Under the pieces are notes generated by a model, which worked only from the letters and a program-made list of their open reading frames with translations, made no database searches and had not been told where the DNA came from. Below, piece by piece: positions 28,430-37,661 of a DNA stretch of 64,000 nucleotides. How positions within the stretch are numbered: the first letter of the stretch is position 1; every line of letters begins with the position of its first letter. Source of the DNA: an uncultured Verrucomicrobiota bacterium (GTDB lineage Bacteria > Verrucomicrobiota > Kiritimatiellia > JAAZAB01); NCBI GenBank assembly GCA_964486075.1, contig CAZALU010000002.1:1013-65012 (forward strand), written 5' to 3'. Both the position numbers and the translations under genes were made by a program.

Positions 28430-29562
28430 CCTTGCCAGTTTTCCGCCAGACGGACCATGGTTTCATAGTTGGCCATGGTGCGGGCCGTGATCTCGCGGCC
28501 GTAGGGGCAGGCCGATGGATGCAGAATGAATCCGCGCCCTTCGCCCGCCGTGCCTTCGCGCAGTGCCTTGGCTATCTTTTTCGCGAATACGGGCTCGGGC
28601 AGGTTCTCGATATCGGCTGCTTCAATGTTGCCCATAAGTACAGTGTCGTGGCCGATGAGCGCCTTGATTTCTGTCAATTCCATGTCGCCCTGGGGCGGCG
28701 GCTCCAGCGGGTCCAGTCCGTCCGGCTTCATCTTGGCGATAAGCGGCATGATTCCGCGCAGCCTGCCGTGTGAATGGATGCGGGCATAGCCGCCGTATTG
28801 CCGAATAGTTTGCACCATGTGCCCAGTGTAGCCGACCACGTATTCATCGTACAGGTGCGGCGGCAGAAACGGCGCGCTGCCGTATTCGGAGCCGCAGATC
28901 CGCCACAGGCGTCCAGGGCAGGCCCGCGCTATCTGTTCGCATTGCGGGAAAAGTATGCGCGCGCAGCGCTGCAGAAGACGATGAAACAATTCCGGCTCGG
29001 TCATGGCGGCGACCGTATAATCTTCCATCGAAAACAGCGAGGCGGCCCCGCAGAGCGGGTCGCTTAATTCAATGCTCACGATGCCGGCGTCGCCGAGGGT
29101 CTTTTCCTCGGCGAGGATGCCGGAGACATCCACCGTGCCGAGGGCGGGTTCCGGCAGCTTGAGGTAGGCTTCGATATCCTCGGTTGTTTTGAGGAAATGC
29201 TCAAGCGTCCAGATCGTCTGCACGTTTTTGCTCTGGCTGGTGTGCGCGGTCAGGGCCCGTCCCGGCGCCCGGATTGTCGTGCGGGTGAAACGCGTATCGC
29301 CTTCGCGGCGGCTCTCCCGGGTAATGAGCTGTCCCAGTCCGTTGTCCGTTCCGCCCCGCCACTCTGCTCCGACCATACGGATGAGGTCCGTTTTTGCGTG
29401 CGCCAGCCGGACCAGCGGGCGCCAGGAAGGATCGTTCCAGACCGTGAACTCGTCACTGTCGCGGTCCATCTTCCATCCGCCGACCTCGTAGAACGAGACC
29501 GCCGGGCGGTCCACGGGTTTGCCCTGCAGTGTGGCCATCAATCGCTCACGGCGTGTCATCAT
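28426..29562 (-). CDS. uroporphyrinogen decarboxylase (URO-D)-like superfamily protein, paralog 1 (MtaA/CmuA-like fold)
   Basis: 378 aa. N-terminal RERLMATLQGKPVDRPAV matches the URO-D-like signature (…R.L.A..G..vDR.P…). It is translationally overlapped (ATGA) with the upstream cupin gene. Confidence 0.7.
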   Translation of the reverse strand: MMTRRERLMATLQGKPVDRPAVSFYEVGGWKMDRDSDEFTVWNDPSWRPLVRLAHAKTDLIRMVGAEWRGGTDNGLGQLITRESRREGDTRFTRTTIRAPGRALTAHTSQSKNVQTIWTLEHFLKTTEDIEAYLKLPEPALGTVDVSGILAEEKTLGDAGIVSIELSDPLCGAASLFSMEDYTVAAMTEPELFHRLLQRCARILFPQCEQIARACPGRLWRICGSEYGSAPFLPPHLYDEYVVGYTGHMVQTIRQYGGYARIHSHGRLRGIMPLIAKMKPDGLDPLEPPPQGDMELTEIKALIGHDTVLMGNIEAADIENLPEPVFAKKIAKALREGTAGEGRGFILHPSACPYGREITARTMANYETMVRLAENWQG

Positions 29563-29927
29563 GATTTTGAATCCCTATGAGCCGCCCGGGGTGAAAACGC
29601 GGGCAGGCAGACGGCGATGTATTCGGCGCCACCTTTGTGGGGCGTGCTATAGCGGACCCACTCTCCGCGGTGCGCGATGATCGCCTGGCCGGCGCGGACG
29701 TCAATCGTTTTCGTTCGGGTCGTTACCCGCACAACTCCGCGCAGGACGACGGTATATTCGTCGAACGTGGGGGTCTGGCCCGGCTCGCGCCAGCCTGGCG
29801 GGCCTTTCATCCGGGCGATGCTGACGGCCCGCGTCCCGGAGCTGACCCGCCCGATGAATTCTGCGATGTGCTTGGGCTTGTTGCCAGTGGCCTGAAGAAC
29901 AACTGGTGATTTGATAAGTTTTGGCAT
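29559..29927 (-). CDS. cupin domain protein
   Basis: 122 aa, small beta-barrel with a Gly-rich cupin-2-like motif arrangement (…GEWVRYSTPHKGGAEYIAVC…). Confidence 0.65.
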   Translation of the reverse strand: MPKLIKSPVVLQATGNKPKHIAEFIGRVSSGTRAVSIARMKGPPGWREPGQTPTFDEYTVVLRGVVRVTTRTKTIDVRAGQAIIAHRGEWVRYSTPHKGGAEYIAVCLPAFSPRAAHRDSKS

Positions 29928-29946
29928 GGACTATTCCTCAGTAGCT

Positions 29947-30100
29947 GTGAAACAATTTCCAATACAAAGAGCGGACGCGACGGAGCGCGTCCCTCCATTT
30001 TGCTAGCATATTCGCATTCTTTTATTCATGGAGGGACACGTTTTATCGTGTCCGCCCGATGTTTTCAAGTTTTCACAGTTATTGGGGAGACAGCAAGATC
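29947..30100. other. nested cluster of three hairpins bounded by an 8-bp inverted repeat (CTGTGAAA…TTTCACAG)
   Basis: GGACGCG-ACGGA-GCGCGTCC; TCCCTCCAT-N30-ATGGAGGGA; GGACACG-TTTTAT-CGTGTCC. All were read directly from the sequence, in the gap between the ICMT-like and cupin genes. Confidence 0.5.
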
Positions 30101-30267
30101 ATGCCTGTAGTCGCCCCGCCATGGCCCCTCGTAGCTTCCTAGCGAAGGCGGCTCAGTCGGGGGCGCGCATTTGGTCTCCTGACACGGCGGCAGAGCGCCG
30201 TGGCTATAACCCAATAATTGACGTATTATTCTTTGGCCGTGTTTATACTATACAGCATTGTCAGATT

Positions 30268-30762
30268 CTAATCCTGATTGTTCATACCATCGCGTGAGCA
30301 CATAGGGGCAAACCTTCCGGTCCTTGCCGCGTAGGCGCGGTAGGCGTCTTGAAATTTAGCGAGCATCATTTGTTCTTCACGTCTGACCAGCAGATGCCAG
30401 ACGGGATGCAGGAGGAGCGCTGCGGCCAGGACGATCCAGGAGTTGAAATAGAGCGCCGCAGCCGGAAAGATAAAGCTAATCCAGGCGGCGTACATGGGGT
30501 GACGGAACCAGCGGAACGGACCTCGGGTGCAGAGTTCATCTTTGGCCCACCAGTTGCGCATCGTCCAGATGCTTCTCGCAAAAACCATCAGGCCCATGCT
30601 GGCCAGCGCGCCGCCGGCGATTTTGAGCAATGCCGGATTATCCATGATAGCGGCATGTCCCAGCCTGTGATCTGCCCAGGTGGCGGCCATTAGCACGCCC
30701 AGGCTGATTGCCGCGCCCAGCGGGCCGATGCCGAATAATTTTTGCAGTCCGCCAATGGACAT
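30268..30762 (-). CDS. isoprenylcysteine carboxyl methyltransferase (ICMT/PEMT)-family membrane methyltransferase
   Basis: 164 aa, 4-5 TM, with C-terminal RGPFRWFRHPMYAAW matching the ICMT/phospholipid-methyltransferase SAM-binding motif (RHPxY). Confidence 0.75.
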   Translation of the reverse strand: MSIGGLQKLFGIGPLGAAISLGVLMAATWADHRLGHAAIMDNPALLKIAGGALASMGLMVFARSIWTMRNWWAKDELCTRGPFRWFRHPMYAAWISFIFPAAALYFNSWIVLAAALLLHPVWHLLVRREEQMMLAKFQDAYRAYAARTGRFAPMCSRDGMNNQD

Positions 30763-30912
30763 TAAGTGCCTTTGTAATTCAGATTGCCTGAGTCTCGATC
30801 CGTGTTCATTCGCGCCATCTGCGGTTAAGCCCGTGCTGCTCTGTCCTGGCGAAATAAATTTGCATTAATTTTTAGAGCGGTTTTGAACAGAAACTAACGG
30901 GGCCCAATTGCA

Positions 30913-31923
30913 TCACCGGTACCGATCTACGGATTCGATCAGGGCTTTGACGTTTTCAAACGGCGCATCATTCTCGATCTCGATGTAGAAAATTCCGCCG
31001 CCCCGCAGCCGCTGAAAGCGCTCGGCGTACTCCCGGATTTTCGCATCGATGGCAGACGGAGTGCCCCTCGGGACCAGGCGCTGGCGGTCGGGATGGATGA
31101 AAATGGCGATTTTATGCTCTTGGCACTTGCGGAGATATGAGGGGTCGGCCTCGAACAGCCCGATTTGTGGCCATAGTCCTTTTATTCCGAGATCGAGCAA
31201 GTCGTCGAAGATCTCGCCCAGGAACCCGCAGCAGTGGAAGAAAACAATGCGGTTGGCCTGCCGGATCGGCGCCATGAGTCTGTCATAGCGTGGTTTGAAC
31301 ACCTCGCGAAACAGGGCCGGCGCTATGATCGGCGCGCTCTGCGTTCCCCAATCGTCGCCGAAGCTGATGACGTCCGCCCCTGCCGCGACCAGGGATGCAA
31401 TCGCCTCCAGCCAGTAATCCGTCAGGCGATCCAGGAACGCCAAGAGATCGGGATCCCGTTCCTGGATGTCCATCAGGACTTCGTCCATCGGCCGGAGCGC
31501 GCAGAGTCGCTCGAAGATTGAAATTCCGCCCGCAAAAACCAGGAAGTTTTTGCTTTGTCCGGCGATCCAGGCCGGATCGGGTGCGGGGTGGGGCGGGAAC
31601 CGATAGTGGGCACCATCTTTCCAACTGGCAAGCGGGTAATGACGCGGGTGACCCCAAACGCCGAATATCCTATGCTCCCATTCCGTTCCCCATGCGTCGG
31701 TCCTGATCTCGTGATACTCGCCGGCTTGGTTGACGGTTCCGGGCGGCGGTGCCAGGATGGCATCGAAGCTAATCGGGTTGTCCGGCGGGTAACTCCGGAA
31801 TAGGTCGAGCAGCTTCCGGCCGTGAACGTGCAGGCCCGCCGGCGAGGGATGATAGACGACCGGTATGCGGTCGGGGTCGCCGTAGTCGAACGCGGCCTGC
31901 ATGCGTTGGCGGGAGGGCATCAT
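30913..31923 (-). CDS. URO-D-like superfamily protein, paralog 2
   Basis: N-terminal RQRMQAAFDYGDPDRIPVV URO-D-like signature. The probable start is MMPSRQ at 31923; the ORF-track N-terminus extending to 32034 is Gly/Pro-rich junk. The start lies 2 nt after the stop of the upstream 664-aa gene. Confidence 0.7.
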   Translation of the reverse strand: MMPSRQRMQAAFDYGDPDRIPVVYHPSPAGLHVHGRKLLDLFRSYPPDNPISFDAILAPPPGTVNQAGEYHEIRTDAWGTEWEHRIFGVWGHPRHYPLASWKDGAHYRFPPHPAPDPAWIAGQSKNFLVFAGGISIFERLCALRPMDEVLMDIQERDPDLLAFLDRLTDYWLEAIASLVAAGADVISFGDDWGTQSAPIIAPALFREVFKPRYDRLMAPIRQANRIVFFHCCGFLGEIFDDLLDLGIKGLWPQIGLFEADPSYLRKCQEHKIAIFIHPDRQRLVPRGTPSAIDAKIREYAERFQRLRGGGIFYIEIENDAPFENVKALIESVDRYR

Positions 31924-31925
31924 GT

Positions 31926-33920
31926 CTATCCCAGCAGCACCACAAGTTCCCACTGGTGCATGGGGTGGCCCAAGCGGATGACATCCGCGTCCACTACGAC
32001 TGCCAGGCGTTTCCCCGCCGGCGTAAGATGCCATGCTTCGACAATTGGCGGCATGCCGCGCGGACGTTGAATGCGGAACGTGTCCACCTCATCCGGGCCC
32101 GCGTTCCACACCACTCCGCGCCATGTTCCGCGGTCCTTGAGAAACTGCGGGACAAGCCAGGCGCCGCCATCCACCCGGCCCGTGCCCTCGCCATCGGCGA
32201 GCCAGTCCACGACGCGCTTGAGCTGGGTGGAGCGGTGGATGTCCATCATGGGCACGCTGTCCACGCCGGCGTCCCAGGGCACGACCGCGGTGCGGCCGCC
32301 CAGTTCATTCTTGAAAATGAATGCGCCGTGCCCGACGACTTCTTGTAACGGATTGCGTAAGTCGCTGATTACAGCCGCGCCGGGCATGAGTTCCGCCTGT
32401 AACATCCGACGGGTGTGACTTGCCCCGTTGATGGATATTTGAGCGCCGACCCGCAAGGCAAATTTTGCGTCTCGGCACTCCTCCATCGAATAAAGCCTTT
32501 CTTTCTGAGTCACAAACCGGGCCGATTGCGCGCCGATCCACTTGCCGAGCCCGCGCTCGATCAGGATTGACGCGGCGCCGCCGTCCAACAGCAAGCCCGC
32601 CGCCAGACATTTTTTCAGCGTGGCGTCATCAAAACTCCAGGCGATCGGTCCGGCCAGGGAGTTAACGTGCTGCTGCGGTCGGGCCGAGAAGGCGATGCCT
32701 GCCGTCCCCAGCCAGTTCGACCACCCGCGGCTTGCACATTGCAAGTCAGCCCAGGAACGCCCCTCCTCGAGGCGGATTAAGCGTCCCATGTCTTGTGACC
32801 ACGGGACGCCGACTCCGACGCTTTTCAGGGTCATGGGAAAGTGGTCGGCCAGCCAGTCCATGTTGGGCCGGACCTTTTCCAGGAACGCCGTCCGTTCCGG
32901 CTCGTCGTCGGGCCGGTTTCCCATAAAATCGTAAAGGCTGATATTGAGATTGGTGGATCCGAGGATATGCGCCACGGCCATTTGCGCGAAGGTCTGGCGA
33001 AAGGACTTGTTCCATTTTCCATAGGAAAAGTTTTCGATTTCCGGTCCGCTTTCGAGCACAGAGGGTTGAATTGAGCGATTCTGATCGAGGCTTGCAATGC
33101 CATGCACCAACTGGTGGCCGGTCCAGTCCGAATAACCCCAGAAGGAAGGCCGATGAATCGGGGGCTGTTCGCCGCCAAAAACCTGCCACCATTTTTCCCA
33201 CTGGCGCCCCTCGGCGGCATGGGATTCCATGGCGCTGGACATCAGGCCCATTCGCGTGCCGCCCTCCGCCAGGATCTGCCGACACTCGTCAAGAAACTGG
33301 AGTATCGTTTCCTGCCACATGTCCATCCAGATCGTCCGCCACGGGTGCGGCGCGCCCGGCGCCAGGCAGGCGCGGACGATCTCCTCCCGGCTGGCGCTGG
33401 CGCCCGCCCGTTGGTTGAACTCCGCCACATGCAGCGGGCAGAAGCATCCGCCCCATTGAAGCGTTCCGTGATTATGGTAGCGGATGTCGTCGTCGATCCA
33501 GACCACGCGGAAGCCTTCCGGGGCGTACATGCGAAGGGTTTCAAAATAGTAGGCGCGCCAATTCGGGTCGAGGATGCAGACCACCGCATCGGCCCGAGTC
33601 CCGACCGGGTCCACCATGGTCCGCCAGTCCTGGCCCGGCTTGAGTTTGCGCCCGCGATCACAGTGTAGCATGCTGTGCCAGGGATTCAGGCTCACAGCCA
33701 CGCCTGTCTTCCGCAACGCCTCGCGGTAGGGGCGGGAGCGATCGATCCACTGTTGCAACCGATCGAGGGTGTCATGCCCGTTGTTCTGTTCTTCGGCGAA
33801 GTAGAAGAACATGACTTCGTCCACCGGCGCTTCGCGTACCAGCCGGAGTAGTTGCTCCGTGATCTCCGCCGGGTCCTGGTGCGGACCGAATTGCATGCGC
33901 AGGCTGAAATGGCTTGGCAT
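31926..33920 (-). CDS. large hypothetical protein (664 aa), function unknown; translationally coupled to URO-D-like paralog 2
   Basis: Long ORF with no stop and coding-like composition. No transmembrane segments or signal peptide are evident. No motif could be assigned with confidence; it possibly has a glycoside-hydrolase-like TIM-barrel fold. Confidence 0.55.
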   Translation of the reverse strand: MPSHFSLRMQFGPHQDPAEITEQLLRLVREAPVDEVMFFYFAEEQNNGHDTLDRLQQWIDRSRPYREALRKTGVAVSLNPWHSMLHCDRGRKLKPGQDWRTMVDPVGTRADAVVCILDPNWRAYYFETLRMYAPEGFRVVWIDDDIRYHNHGTLQWGGCFCPLHVAEFNQRAGASASREEIVRACLAPGAPHPWRTIWMDMWQETILQFLDECRQILAEGGTRMGLMSSAMESHAAEGRQWEKWWQVFGGEQPPIHRPSFWGYSDWTGHQLVHGIASLDQNRSIQPSVLESGPEIENFSYGKWNKSFRQTFAQMAVAHILGSTNLNISLYDFMGNRPDDEPERTAFLEKVRPNMDWLADHFPMTLKSVGVGVPWSQDMGRLIRLEEGRSWADLQCASRGWSNWLGTAGIAFSARPQQHVNSLAGPIAWSFDDATLKKCLAAGLLLDGGAASILIERGLGKWIGAQSARFVTQKERLYSMEECRDAKFALRVGAQISINGASHTRRMLQAELMPGAAVISDLRNPLQEVVGHGAFIFKNELGGRTAVVPWDAGVDSVPMMDIHRSTQLKRVVDWLADGEGTGRVDGGAWLVPQFLKDRGTWRGVVWNAGPDEVDTFRIQRPRGMPPIVEAWHLTPAGKRLAVVVDADVIRLGHPMHQWELVVLLG

Positions 33921-34359
33921 TGGAAAGATCCTTGGTGATTAAGCATCTCGCTTTGTGTGGACCAATTTTTAAAAAAAGTGCAGTTCTGTAGCCGCGACCG
34001 TTGGTCACGGTCCTGAGCAACGCAGGCCGACATCATCTGTCGGCTACAGGAAAAGTTGCTCTGCGTTTACGGGGCCTCCAGTATGCGTATGGGATATATT
34101 GACATCTATGTCGTCAGGAATATCAATCGAACGCCAACAATGTATCCGAGCGGCTGGCAGTGTCAATTCGTAAAGAGCATTTGCCAGCCATTTTAATTAT
34201 GGCCTTTAGACCCGAATTACAGAGCATTCACGGGCGAATCCCCAAGGCTTAGGTATGAATCTTCTGTTTTTAGGTTGAATGCCGCTGGCGCATGCTCTAA
34301 AACCATAGCCAGTTTGCATGCGATAGGGCCAATAGCAATATAACGTCAAAGGAATCCAC

Positions 34360-35172
34360 ATGACCACCATTCATCCCACGGCCATCGTGGCCGCCGGTGC
34401 GCAGATCGGGGCCAATGTGACGATCGGACCTTATGCGGTGATTGAGGATAAAGTCTGCATCGGCGCGGACACGGTCCTCGGGCCGCATGTCACCCTGTGC
34501 CGCTTTACGACTATCGGCGAATCCTGCGCCATTCACGCCAATGCCGTCCTGGGTGATTGGCCCCAGGATACGGCCTTCGATCCGAAAGAGGAAAGTTACC
34601 TGCGGGTTGGCGCGCATTGCATGATCCGGGAGGGCGTAACTATGCACCGGGGAACCAAGCCCGGCACCGCCACTGAGGTGGGGGATCACTGTTTCCTCAT
34701 GGTCAACAGCCACCTGGGGCATAATGTCAAGCTGGGCGCATCCGTGATCATCGCCAATGGCGCCTTGCTGGCGGGCTATGTCGAGGTGGGGGACGGTGCC
34801 TTTATCAGTGGCAACTGCCTCCTGCACCAGTTCACCCGGGTGGGACGGTTGGCCATTCTGGCCGGAGGGACCGCGATCAACAAGGATGTGCCGCCCTTCT
34901 GTAAAACAAAAGGACTGGCACCGAATACCGTGCTGGGCTTGAACGTGATCGGTTTGAAGCGCGCCGGGATGGGGCCCGAGGACCGGTTGGCTATCAAGCG
35001 GGCCTTCACGATCCTTTACCGGTCCGGCCTGAACGTTTCCCAGGCCGTGGCACGGATGAAGAAGGAATATCCGTCCGGATTGGCCGGCGAGTTTTGCGCC
35101 TTTATCGAAGCTTCCAAGCGCGGCATCTGCCGCTGTCGCGTTCTGGCCGGCAAAGATGCCGAGGATGAATGA
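34360..35172 (+). CDS. lpxA: acyl-ACP--UDP-N-acetylglucosamine O-acyltransferase
   Basis: 270 aa; left-handed beta-helix hexapeptide repeats throughout (IHPTAIV, IGANVTIGPYAVI, IGADTVLGPHVTL...) and an LpxA C-terminal helical domain. Confidence 0.9.
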   Translation: MTTIHPTAIVAAGAQIGANVTIGPYAVIEDKVCIGADTVLGPHVTLCRFTTIGESCAIHANAVLGDWPQDTAFDPKEESYLRVGAHCMIREGVTMHRGTKPGTATEVGDHCFLMVNSHLGHNVKLGASVIIANGALLAGYVEVGDGAFISGNCLLHQFTRVGRLAILAGGTAINKDVPPFCKTKGLAPNTVLGLNVIGLKRAGMGPEDRLAIKRAFTILYRSGLNVSQAVARMKKEYPSGLAGEFCAFIEASKRGICRCRVLAGKDAEDE

Positions 35173-35237
35173 AGCTGGCCGCGGGGGCTTTGCTATTTAA
35201 GGTTAAGTTCGCTGGCTTATAAATATACCAACGATCC

Positions 35238-36278
35238 ATGATACCGCGCGAACGAGTTTTAGCTGCCGTTGCTCACCGGCGCACCGACCGCGCCCCGGCT
35301 GATTACGGCGCCCACCCGGAGGTGACTGAACGGTTGATGGCCCGCTTGGGCGTCAAGGATTACGAATCCTTGCTTCAGGCCCTGGGCGTGGACATGCGCC
35401 GGATCGGGTTTAGATATGATCAGCCGGAAACTGGTCCGGACAGCGGCGGGTACCTGCGCAATATGTGGGGAGTCCGGTACCGCGACAAGGCACCCGGCGA
35501 TGGTCGCCCAAATATCATTTTTCCCTTTACCGAAGACACCACCGTTGAGGATGTGCATCGCCATGCCTGGCCGGATCCGGCCCGCCTCGATTATTCGGGA
35601 ATCCGGGAACAATGCGTAAAAGCATACGGAACCTATGCCACGTTTGGCGCGCCCTGGAGCCCGTTCTTCCATGAAATTGGCTGGATAATTGGCCAGGAAA
35701 ACTTTTTTATATGGATGGCGTCGCAGCCGGAACTGGTGCAGGCGATCATCGAGCATGTGGTGGATTACGAGGTGGAGGCGACCCGCCGCTTCCTGGAAGC
35801 GGCGGACGGCATGATCGACATCGTGTTTTTCGGTAACGACTTCGGGACCCAGCGGGGTCTTTTCATTTCCCCGGCCATGTGGCGGCAATTTATCCGTTGT
35901 CCGTTAAAACGATATTACGATGTCTCGCACGCCTTCGGATGCCGCGTCATGCAGCATTCCTGCGGCGCGATCCGTGCTATCATTCCCTGGCTCATGGAGG
36001 ACGGAGTGGATATCCTCGACCCCGTTCAATCGGCGGCGGCCGGCATGGATCTGCCGGGGCTGGTCCGGGACTTCGGAGACCGGCTGGCGTTCCACGGCGG
36101 GGTGGATACGCAGGGAGTCCTGCCGTTCGGCACGGTGCGCGAGGTCCGCGGCCAGGTCCGGTCCTATCTTGATCTCACACGCGATCAGGGAGGCTATATT
36201 CTTTGCGGAAGCCAGGACCTGATCGAAGACATCCCACTCGACAACGTTCTGGCCATGTACGACGAAAACACACGCTAA
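35238..36278 (+). CDS. URO-D-like superfamily protein, paralog 3
   Basis: 346 aa; N-terminal ERVLAAVAHRRTDRAPAD signature and a C-terminal HSCGAIRAIIPWLMEDGVDILDPV motif typical of URO-D/MtaA-like enzymes. Confidence 0.7.
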   Translation: MIPRERVLAAVAHRRTDRAPADYGAHPEVTERLMARLGVKDYESLLQALGVDMRRIGFRYDQPETGPDSGGYLRNMWGVRYRDKAPGDGRPNIIFPFTEDTTVEDVHRHAWPDPARLDYSGIREQCVKAYGTYATFGAPWSPFFHEIGWIIGQENFFIWMASQPELVQAIIEHVVDYEVEATRRFLEAADGMIDIVFFGNDFGTQRGLFISPAMWRQFIRCPLKRYYDVSHAFGCRVMQHSCGAIRAIIPWLMEDGVDILDPVQSAAAGMDLPGLVRDFGDRLAFHGGVDTQGVLPFGTVREVRGQVRSYLDLTRDQGGYILCGSQDLIEDIPLDNVLAMYDENTR

Positions 36279-36295
36279 CGGGGGAGGGTTTTTTT

Positions 36296-37555
36296 ATGAC
36301 ATTTTCGAGTCAGGATCGACGGATTCTGCGCGATTTGGCGACGCGGGTCGCGGAGGTTGCCGACCACCCCAGGATGCCCGTGCGGCGGCGGCGCTGGATC
36401 GCGCATAACAGCTTGCGCTCCACATATCCAATGATGCTGGTGTTTCCGGAAGGATCGTGGGGGGAACTTCTGCCGGAGACCTGCTTGCAATGCGTCGATC
36501 CCCGGGCGCGGGAAATTGAATATGCGTTTCGCATACGCCTTTATACCTTCGAACATTTTCAGGACGATACGGTGATCGAAAAGGAATGGGTTGTTCAACG
36601 ACGGATCCGCTACACGGGGTGGGGGCTGGAGCCCCGCCGCGTGCCGAGCCCGGCAGTCCGGGGCGCTTGGCATTTCGATCCCGTCATTCGCGTTCCGGCC
36701 GACCTCAAAAAACTAAAATACCCAGAAGTCATCCTGGACGAAGCGGAATCGCGCCGCGATCTGATGTCCGTGCAGGATCTTTTTGGGGATATTTTGGCTG
36801 TACGCAGCGTGGGCCTTCAGCATTTGTCCTACCATTTGATGGCTGAATACACGGCCCTGCGGGGATTGGAAGAGGTCATGCTGGACATGTATTCCGAACC
36901 TGGCATGCTGCATGACGCCATGGCGTTCCTGGAGGAAGGTCACCGGCGCTTGTTGCGGCAGTATATCGAACTGGGATTGCTCTCGTTCAACAACAATAAC
37001 GCCTACCAGAATTCGGGCGGCAACGGCTATACCGACGAATTGCCACTTCCAGACGCCGATCCGGACCGTGTTCGGCCTTGCGATATGTGGGCCAGTGCTG
37101 AAGCCCAGGAAATGGCCCAGGTCAGTCCGGAGCATCACGCCGAATTCATACTGGCCTATGAAAAACGTTTGCTGGCGCCTTTCGGACTTACCGGCTATGG
37201 CTGTTGCGAGGATCTAACACGGAAACTGGACATCGTTTTTGGCATTCCCCGCATAAGGCGGATATCTATTTCCCCTTGGTCGGATGTGGCCCGTTGCGCG
37301 GCCAAACTAAAAGGTGGCTATATCTTTTCCTGGAAGCCGAATCCGGCGCACCTGGTCGGTGAGTTCAATGCTCAAGCCGTCCGGTCCTATATCCGGCAAA
37401 CGCTGGATGCGACCCGTGCCTGTGGATCTGTCCTGGAAATGGTTCTCAAGGACACGCACACCTGCGAACAACATCCGGAGCGGTTCGATCACTGGACCCG
37501 CATCGGGCGCGAATTGATCCAGGAAATGTGGGGCGAACTGTCGGCTGGCGGGTAA
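36296..37555 (+). CDS. URO-D-like superfamily protein, paralog 4 (divergent N-terminus)
   Basis: The C-terminal GYGCCEDLTRKLDIVFGIPRIRRISISPWSD...GGYIFSWKPNP parallels the HxCG...GVDIL...G.dP pattern of URO-D-like proteins. The start was chosen at MTFSSQ, which follows a GGAGGG Shine-Dalgarno sequence; the ORF-track extension to 36203 overlaps paralog 3. Confidence 0.55.
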   Translation: MTFSSQDRRILRDLATRVAEVADHPRMPVRRRRWIAHNSLRSTYPMMLVFPEGSWGELLPETCLQCVDPRAREIEYAFRIRLYTFEHFQDDTVIEKEWVVQRRIRYTGWGLEPRRVPSPAVRGAWHFDPVIRVPADLKKLKYPEVILDEAESRRDLMSVQDLFGDILAVRSVGLQHLSYHLMAEYTALRGLEEVMLDMYSEPGMLHDAMAFLEEGHRRLLRQYIELGLLSFNNNNAYQNSGGNGYTDELPLPDADPDRVRPCDMWASAEAQEMAQVSPEHHAEFILAYEKRLLAPFGLTGYGCCEDLTRKLDIVFGIPRIRRISISPWSDVARCAAKLKGGYIFSWKPNPAHLVGEFNAQAVRSYIRQTLDATRACGSVLEMVLKDTHTCEQHPERFDHWTRIGRELIQEMWGELSAGG

Positions 37556-37598
37556 CGCCCGCCCGCTGGACTGCGGGACAGGGCTCGGATTTTCGTCA

Positions 37599-37627
37599 TT
37601 GACCTGTTTTGCCTGTCCAGCTATGCT
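37599..37627 (+). promoter_or_regulatory. candidate sigma70 promoter TTGACC-N17-TATGCT
   Basis: Pattern match ~35 nt upstream of the MMFITHF start of the PpiD-like gene. Confidence 0.3.
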
Positions 37628-37661
37628 CTTGCCCCGTAACTTTCTTGAAAGGTATCGAGCC

